In this document: positions 51,632-59,400 of the stretch, in pieces
How the letters are laid out: each line of letters starts with the position of its first letter
How positions within the stretch are numbered: the stretch's first letter is position 1
Assembly (NCBI GenBank): GCA_965237805.1
Contig: OZ250153.1
Coordinates: 1,280,001-1,344,000, forward strand
Source: Gammaproteobacteria bacterium
GTDB taxonomy: Bacteria > Pseudomonadota > Gammaproteobacteria > JABABF01
Direction of reading: 5' to 3'
Length of the DNA: 64,000 nucleotides
Made by a program: the position numbers and the translations under genes
Notes under the pieces: generated by a model
What the model was told of the DNA's origin: nothing
What the model saw: the letters and a program-made list of their open reading frames with translations, nothing else
Databases searched by the model: none

Positions 51632-54600
51632 TCAGCCGCGCCTGCGAGTTCGCGCAGGCAGTGCTACCAGCGACAGCAAGAGCAAGAGCAACAGCCCCAA
51701 GCTGCTCAGCGCACCCACTGCGCCGCCACTGATGACCACAGCCGGTGTCAGCGTGGCGATGCCGCCCGGGTCGGCCACAGTGCCATTGATCGTGCCGTCG
51801 GCATCGTTGGCACCGCCGTCCACCAGTGTCAGGCGCACACAGTGATGGCCAGCGATCAAGCCCTCCTGATAGACACCGCTACTGTCATCGGGGCTGGGGC
51901 AGCTGCTGTCAGCGCCCAAGGGAGCAGAGTGCAGGGCATTTTTTCCGCTGTGGTCGAAGGGCTGCCAGCCATTGTCGTTTTCGCTGTACTTAATGTAGAC
52001 CGCTGCGGCCGGGATCGCCGCTTGCTGGGGCACTACGACCATCGCTTCGCCGCCGCTCGCGCCGCTGGCATCGCTATCGTCATGCTCCACGCCGCGCAGT
52101 TCGAAGTCATAGATGCCGCCAGCACCGAGAGCAAAGCCCCCCGCAGCCACGCTGTTAAGCAGCACGTCGTCGCTGGGTAGCGCCGCCGCCGCCTCGCCGC
52201 GTTGCTGATAGGCTCGTTCGCTGTACTCGCCCAAGGCGATACTGATGCCAGACTCGGCCGTCAGCACATGCTGTGTGCTCGGTGTTGGGGTGCCCTGTAA
52301 CAAGTGGTGCAAGTCGTGATGCTGGTGGGGGTCGCCGATGCCGTTGCCGTCATGGTCGTGGCGATGCGGCACCGTTGCGCCCTCGGCCACGACATGGAAG
52401 CGGCGGCGCACATCGGTGATGCCGCCGCGGCCATCGTCGATGAGCACTCGGTTAAGGTAGCGCTGATTGAGTTCCAAAGACTGGGGGTTGAAGCTGAAGC
52501 GAGCGACCCAAGCGTCGCCGCTCAGCGTGCCGGTTGACTGAGCACTCATCAGGACGGCACGGCTCGGCAGGGGGCCGAGCAGTTCCCATTGGAAAGTGAT
52601 GGCGTCGCCGTTGGGGTCGTGCGCCCACACGCCGAGCTCGACGGGTGTGGTGCTCTGCGCCACCGAACGCGACGGTGTCGATTCGGCGGGCTGGCGCAGC
52701 TGCACCCCCGCCACGCCGTCGCGCACCACATGCAATACTCGGGGGCGTAGGTTGGTGGCCGCCGGAAGGATTGTCACGCGCAGATTGCGAGACCGGCCAA
52801 ACGCGGCATTGCGGGCACCACTGGCGGCAAAAGTGAAGGACAAAACCACGGGGTTGCCGTCCAAACTGGCGTAAGCAGCTGGCAATTGGAGGGTGATCTC
52901 ACCGCGCCTTCCAGAGCTGATGCTGATCACGCCGGAGCTGGGTAGCACCGTGTGACCGTCGACCCCGAATGGGGCATTGGATGAAGCGCTGACGGTGAAT
53001 GGCAACTCTACCGGGTACGCTGCCGCATCACCGTGGATCAGCACTGGCAAGCGCACGGTTTGTGCCGCGGCGGTGGCGGCCACGCGTAGCCGACGGGCGA
53101 AATTGGCGAATGGTGCTGGGGCTCGCTGTGCACTGGCTGAGCTGCGCACTGAATCGGTATCGACGGTGTCAGCATCCTGCGTTGGCAGCGTTTGCGTGTT
53201 CGGCTGAGCGGTGCCGTGTATTCTCACGAGGTCGTCACCATCATCGCTCACGCTGGCTTGCATGGTGGCGAGCAGGGCGGCATTTGCCCGCAGCGCCAGC
53301 GATTGGCAGTTGTCCCGCGGTGCCAGTGCCGATGTGCCCAAGTCGAGGCAGACTTTGAGTTGGTAGTCGCCAGTGCGCAACGAGGGCAGGGTGCAGCTCT
53401 GTTGTCGGCTGTGCGTGGCACCAGCCGCTAGGGGCGGTACCGCGGTGGCGCCAGCACCGCAGTCCAGCGGTCGCCACCAGCCAGAGCGATAGGTCAAATA
53501 ATAGCTGAGCGTGGCGCTAGCAGTGGCCGCGCTACCCGTGTTCTCCACGCCGAGCTGCAGGCGCAGTGTCAATGCCGACAAAGTCGTCGGCCCGCTGAGG
53601 CTCAGGCGCAGGGCCGATGTCGCCGCGGGGCGAGTCACACTTAAGCGCTGCGAGCATTTGCGCGGTCGCGTGTTCTCACCGGCGGTGCTACAAGCCCATA
53701 GCCGGTAGGAATTGCCGGTGGCGGTGCCCGTTGGCAAGGCGCAATCCAGCTGCCTTTGCAGGCGCTGCCCGGCGGCGACCGAGGACGGAGCCGCGCCGCA
53801 ACTCAGCTCCACGCTGTGCCGCCGCCAACTGTAGCCCTCGTGCTGGGCCGTGCCCGAGCCCCTGTAGCCGCGCCATAAGCCCCAGCGCCCCAACCACTCG
53901 CTGTGCAATTGCAGCTGCCAGAAAGTGCCGCTCAGGTAATACTTGACGGTGATCGGTGTCGCAGTTGCCGAGCCGACATTGGACAAGACTGCCAAGAGTG
54001 GCAAAGATTGCGCGGTGTCGTCCGTTGCCAGTGTCAAAGAGAATGTGGATGGCAGCGCCGCGTCTGTGGCCAGCGGCAGCCAAGAAGATGTGGCGGTGCT
54101 GCCGTCCGTCCGCCAGCCGAGAGCAATACTTAGCTGCGCCACTCCCGTGCCAGTGATGGGCCTGATCGTGGCAGTGCCAGTGCTGGCTATAGGGGTCGTG
54201 GCGGCCAGCTCCAGCGGTAGCGCCGTCGCGCAGTTGTCCCTGAGCCGCTGTTCCCAAGGCACACCCTGTAGGCAGGCCCAAACTCGGTAGCTGCCAGTCG
54301 CGAGGCCGGTCGGTAATTGGCAATCGCGCCGCGCGAGGAGGCCGGCGCCAGCAGCCAATGTGGGCAGTTTGGCAGCGCCGCAGTCGAGCTGCTGGCGCCG
54401 TGCGGATGAGGAGTTGGCGTAGTGCCAGTCCGTGCTGGCGGCATTGCCGTAGCCACCGTGCCGGCTGCGGTGCCAGCCGTGGTTCCGCAAGGCCCGCGCA
54501 CGCTGCCATGGCCGTTGCCAGCGATGCCAGTAGTGCACTCGGTTGGGGGCGATGAAATAACGCAGTTGGCTCGCTGCTGCCAGCGCAGCACCGGTATTCT

Positions 54601-56284
54601 CCGCCGCCAGCCACAGCGACAGCGTGGCACTTGTGCCACTGCTCAGCACTGGCGTTGAGGTGGCCACGATGATGGTGGTGGCCGTCGACGCTGGCAGCCA
54701 GCTGCTAGCCGCCGCCGGTGCACCACTTGCTGCCCAGTAGGCTTCGAGACGCAGATTGGGACGCGCCCCTGCAACCACGCTCAGCGACAGGCGCGCAGAG
54801 CAATTGTCCGCCCGCTGATGCTCCCACGGCACCGCTTGGACGCAGGCCCAGACCGAGTAGCTGCCAGCTGCCAGCCGCGCTGTCGGGACGCAGGATGCCG
54901 CCGCGGAGAAGCTGGCAGCTGTGGGAAGCGACGGCACCGAGCTCGGAGCGCAGGAGCTCAGGTGGATGGAGTGGAGTGCCGGATAGAGGAATCTCCCACG
55001 CCGCCAGCTGCGGTACTCCGGGGCGATGTGGTAGGACAGTGAACTCGCCGCCGCCGTGGCGGTACCAGTGCTTGCCACTGTCAGCGATAGTGACAGCGTC
55101 GCGGTGCTACCGACCGTCAGTGTCAGTGCGGCTGTGTTGCTCGCCGCGCTGGGGATGCTCCATTGCAGCGCGGCAAAACTCAGATTGGGACGCGTGCCCT
55201 CGACCACGCTCAGCGCGAGCTGTGCCGAGCAGTTGTCGGCCCGCTGGCGCTCCCACGGCACTGCCTTGACGCAAGCCCAGATGCGGTAGTCCCCGATATC
55301 CAGACGCGAGGGCAGCTGACAGAGCGCCTGCGCGGAAAAGCGTCCCGCCGCCGCCAGCGCGGGTACAGCCACGGTATCGCAGCTCAAGTGCTTAGCCCAC
55401 GACAGCCGGGTCACCGTGCCTCCCCCCCGCCACCAAGGGCGTGTGTACGTGCGCAGCTGCGCGATCCTATAGCTCAGCGATGTCGACGATGCGGTGGTGG
55501 TGCCGGTGTTATCCACCGCCACCGACAACTCCAGCGTCGTGGCACCACCGGTTGCCAGCGTCAGAGTGTTCGTGCTGTTGGCAACGTTGTTCAGTCGTTG
55601 TAATTGTGTGCGTAGATTTGGCTCCGGTCCTTGGCTCAGCGTCAATGCGATGCTCGCAGAGCAATTTTTGGCACTGCGCCGCCACCATCGCCAGCCGCGG
55701 GCCGACACTTTCGCACAGGCCCACACTTGGTAATTGCCAGCTGTCAGCCTCGTCGGTAGCGAGCAGTCGCCGCGGACACCGAGCTGGGCGGTTGCGGCGA
55801 GGGTTGGTAGCGAGAGGGTGCCACCAGCGCCCGCCACCGTACAAAGCAGGCGGCGGCGGTACCAGCCGCGGTGGTTGCCCGCAGTGCCGGGGCTAGCCGC
55901 TATATAGGTATGCAGCTGAGCTGCGGGGAGGGTGGTCGTGCCCGCATTGCTCACGGCGAACCACAGCGAGACGCTGACCCTGCCGCCAGTGGCAAAAGCC
56001 AGTGTCGAAGTGGTGGTGACCGTGGTGGAGGAAAGCGCTGTCCAAGCGGTCGGGGCGGTGGTGTCCAGCGTCCAGCCCACAGTGGGCTGGGGCGCGGCGG
56101 TGGTGGCCGCGGATGCCAGTGGCGGAGCGAACACGCCCAGCAGCGCGGCCAGCGCCGCCACGCCGAGGGCGCGGCACGGAGTGTGTGGAGGAGGGCTACG
56201 GAAAGGAGGAGGGCGCGACCGGTAGTCGGCACTGTGGGGCAACGGCAAGCGGGGGCGCTGCTGGGCTGGAGGCATGGGCGACAT
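51632..56284 (-). CDS. Giant surface protein: six Cys-containing CARDB/Ig-like repeats with Trp/Arg-rich loops, C-terminal anchor domain (choice-of-anchor U-like) and GlyGly-CTERM
   Basis: Long ORF with a signal peptide; repeats ...N.G.......Y.I/L-[loop]-L.C...C.LP...G.Y.VWAC...NC; C-terminal LTLVDGGANDADG..NG.VADPG, then GGAVG, a hydrophobic helix and RTRRRG. GAGGTG RBS before ATG 56284. Confidence 0.85.
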   Translation of the reverse strand: MSPMPPAQQRPRLPLPHSADYRSRPPPFRSPPPHTPCRALGVAALAALLGVFAPPLASAATTAAPQPTVGWTLDTTAPTAWTALSSTTVTTTSTLAFATGGRVSVSLWFAVSNAGTTTLPAAQLHTYIAASPGTAGNHRGWYRRRLLCTVAGAGGTLSLPTLAATAQLGVRGDCSLPTRLTAGNYQVWACAKVSARGWRWWRRSAKNCSASIALTLSQGPEPNLRTQLQRLNNVANSTNTLTLATGGATTLELSVAVDNTGTTTASSTSLSYRIAQLRTYTRPWWRGGGTVTRLSWAKHLSCDTVAVPALAAAGRFSAQALCQLPSRLDIGDYRIWACVKAVPWERQRADNCSAQLALSVVEGTRPNLSFAALQWSIPSAASNTAALTLTVGSTATLSLSLTVASTGTATAAASSLSYHIAPEYRSWRRGRFLYPALHSIHLSSCAPSSVPSLPTAASFSAAASCVPTARLAAGSYSVWACVQAVPWEHQRADNCSARLSLSVVAGARPNLRLEAYWAASGAPAAASSWLPASTATTIIVATSTPVLSSGTSATLSLWLAAENTGAALAAASQLRYFIAPNRVHYWHRWQRPWQRARALRNHGWHRSRHGGYGNAASTDWHYANSSSARRQQLDCGAAKLPTLAAGAGLLARRDCQLPTGLATGSYRVWACLQGVPWEQRLRDNCATALPLELAATTPIASTGTATIRPITGTGVAQLSIALGWRTDGSTATSSWLPLATDAALPSTFSLTLATDDTAQSLPLLAVLSNVGSATATPITVKYYLSGTFWQLQLHSEWLGRWGLWRGYRGSGTAQHEGYSWRRHSVELSCGAAPSSVAAGQRLQRQLDCALPTGTATGNSYRLWACSTAGENTRPRKCSQRLSVTRPAATSALRLSLSGPTTLSALTLRLQLGVENTGSAATASATLSYYLTYRSGWWRPLDCGAGATAVPPLAAGATHSRQQSCTLPSLRTGDYQLKVCLDLGTSALAPRDNCQSLALRANAALLATMQASVSDDGDDLVRIHGTAQPNTQTLPTQDADTVDTDSVRSSASAQRAPAPFANFARRLRVAATAAAQTVRLPVLIHGDAAAYPVELPFTVSASSNAPFGVDGHTVLPSSGVISISSGRRGEITLQLPAAYASLDGNPVVLSFTFAASGARNAAFGRSRNLRVTILPAATNLRPRVLHVVRDGVAGVQLRQPAESTPSRSVAQSTTPVELGVWAHDPNGDAITFQWELLGPLPSRAVLMSAQSTGTLSGDAWVARFSFNPQSLELNQRYLNRVLIDDGRGGITDVRRRFHVVAEGATVPHRHDHDGNGIGDPHQHHDLHHLLQGTPTPSTQHVLTAESGISIALGEYSERAYQQRGEAAAALPSDDVLLNSVAAGGFALGAGGIYDFELRGVEHDDSDASGASGGEAMVVVPQQAAIPAAAVYIKYSENDNGWQPFDHSGKNALHSAPLGADSSCPSPDDSSGVYQEGLIAGHHCVRLTLVDGGANDADGTINGTVADPGGIATLTPAVVISGGAVGALSSLGLLLLLLLSLVALPARTRRRG

Positions 56285-56430
56285 TTGACTCACCTCATGG
56301 CGGTACCATTCCCCCCCTTAAACACGGGACGACTATAGCCGACGCGGGCTGGTGGTGCAAGCTGGGGGGGCTCAGAGCCGGAGACCGGACGGCTACGGGA
56401 GCGCAGGGAGCCCATCCCTGTCAACGCCCC

Positions 56431-59400
56431 CTATGACGTGTCGCGCCTCAAGTGCCGCTTCCCACCATATCGCTGCACGCAATAGGTCACCAGCAACAAC
56501 AAGATGAGCAATGCCCAAGGGTCTATCACGCCACCACCATTTGGCACTGGGGGAGGTGTATCCGCCGTTTGCACGGCCACGGTGCCCGGATCGGCCACTT
56601 GCCCATTTTGAAAGCCATCGGCATCATTGGGGCCACCGTCCACTAAAGTGAGGAGCAGGCAGTCCCGACCTGCGAGCAGCCCCGCACCATAGCTGCTGGC
56701 CTCATCCGGACCGGGGCAAATGCCGTTGGCGGCACTTGCCGATGCCAAGGCATCGGCTCCACTGTCGTCAAAGCGAGCCCAATTGCCAGCCCGATCTTGC
56801 TTGAGATAGAGGGCATTTGAGGGAATGGGGGTGGATAGGGGCAGCACGACGCGGTAGACATCGCTGTCGCCGCCGAGCACTTCAAAGTCATAGACCGCGC
56901 TGCGATCGACAATGTTGAATGTGTCGCTGCCGACGCTCACGCTGCCACCGATCGTAGACAACGCCACGCTCGAGGCGGCTAGCTCGGCGCGCTCTCCCAG
57001 ACGCAATTGGGTGCCCACAGGGGACTGTGCCATGCGTGCCTCGGCAGGGTCGGATGAAATGGGCTGCGCGTTGGGCACATCCACATAGTCGCTCGCGTCA
57101 GGCACGCCGTCCATGTCTTGATCTGATACGCGGTCATCGTCGAGCGCCACCACCTTGAAGCGTTCTGCAACGTGGATGCTGGCATTGTCTGCATCGGTAA
57201 TGATCAGGCTCAGCAGATAGGTCTTGCCAAGCTCCAACGCGGCTGGCGAGAAAGCAAAGGATGCGGAATCGGAGCCGCTGGCTTGGCCACTGAACAGCGC
57301 GCTGCTTCGATTTGGCAGAGGGCCGTTCACCGCAAAGGCAAAGGACAGGGCATCCCCATCCGGGTCTCTTGCCTGCGCCCTGACATCGACCGTGCCAGCG
57401 TCACGTGCCACCTGCTTGGAGGTTGTGTTGGATTGGCTGAGCTGCAACCTGTGGAACGTGGGCTTTAGATTGGCAGCGCCCGTTGGCAACACGCTCACTG
57501 CATGATTGGCGTTGCGTGGGCTTAGCGCCACTTGGGAGCTGAGCCCACTGCTCAATAGCGACAGGCGCACGGTGGCGGCATTGCCATCGGATGGCGAGAA
57601 GCCCGCTTTGATATCGAAAGTGACTGCTCCCAAGTCGCCCTGCGATAGGGTGATGGTGTTTGGTGGCGAGACATTGACCACATCGCTAGCGGACATGTTG
57701 CTGGAAAGCGACAGCGCATACGGTATGGAAACCGGGTAGAACGGGGCATTGCCGCTCAACCGTACCGGCACTTCCACGCTGAGGTTGGCGCTTGATGTTG
57801 GAGCACCGACACGCTGACTAGGCGCAAAGGCAACCAGCGGATGGATGTCCACCACCGATTGCGCCGTACCGACATTGCCAACGGTATCTTGGGCGGTCCA
57901 TGTGATCTGGTGGCGGCCAGACGGCAAACGCATGCGGGCTCCAGCGGCAAAAGACCGTGAAGGTTGCAATCTGTTGCTGGTTGTCCTCAATACGCCCGTG
58001 GGTTGCACCGTGCCATCGCGGGCATCAGCGGCGGTGGCGGACACCACGGCTGCCGTCATGATGCCCTGCGCCGTGAGCGCGCGGTCTGTGGCGGTGATGA
58101 CCGGGGCGATGGTGTCTTTGACCACCGTGGCATAAATGGAAGCTTGGCCAGTTTGCTCTACCGTTATGGTGACATCACCCTCGCCGAGGGCCGACAGATC
58201 AAGAGGGCCCGTGTCCCATGTCCCTGTAGCACAGCTAGGGGTGCCGGTTCTGGACTGACTGCCGAGGCTAATGGAGTAGCTTACTGCCCCCCCAGTTGCG
58301 CAAGACCCAGATAGGCTGTAGCTGGATTGATTGCCGCTATAGATTGCCAGTCGGCATGAGTTATCACATGTTAGGGCTGTAGATTGGTCAATCGTGACGG
58401 TGACCCCCGAGGAGCAGTTGTTGGAGGTGCTAGACTCCCCCATTACTGCATCCACACAAGCCCCGATGTAATAGGTGCTTGGTGTTGCCAATGGGGGGAC
58501 ATCGCATCGTGCGGATTCAAGACTGGTGAGATTGGTGGCAACGCTAGATACCAAGTCTGTACACAATTCAGTGTCTGCTGTTGAAATGCTCGCATCAGTC
58601 GACCACAGGTAGCGCATGATGGTCTCTGCTGCTCTTGTTGTGCCAACGTTCCGTGCTATGGCGTTGATGGTGATGCGATCACCCGCTGCCACGGTAGTGG
58701 GATCGACAGAGACGGAATCCACCGTCCAGTCGGGGGCTCCGCCAACAATGGCTACTCCTTGGGAACAATTGTTGCTGGTGTTCGATTCAACGTTCAATGT
58801 GTCCACACAGGCACCGACGTAATAGGTCGAGCCCGCTGTAACTGATGTCGGTGCTGGGCAGGTCGCAGTTTCAGGACTGGTCTCACCCGCAGCACGGCTT
58901 GTTACGCGGTCTGTACACAATTCAGTATCTGCTGTTGAAATGCTCGTATCGGTGGACCACAGGTAGCGCATAGTGGTCTCCGCTGCCGTTGCTGTGCCCG
59001 AATTTCGTGCTATGGCCTTGATGGTGATGTTGTCTCCTGCAGCCGCGATAGTGGGATTGACCGAGACGGAATCCACCGTCCAGTCGGGGGCGCCGGCACC
59101 ACTCGCCGAGAAGGTGGCTGATATGGATTGGTTGGATTGGATCGTCAGTTGACAGTTGCCCGTGCCAGAACACCCGCCGCCACTCCACCCTGACAAGCTG
59201 GAACCGGCATCTGGGGATCCCGAGAGTTGTATGGAGGTTCCAGCATCGTAGCCATAACAGTTGGTTCCGCAACTAACGCCAGCAGGCGTAGGCGTCACGG
59301 TGCCGTTGCCAATGGCAGTCAGCGTTAATGTATAACGAGCGTTTATGGCCGCGTCATAACTCGCCAAACTGCTTGCGGCGTTCGTCCCGGTGTATACCAC

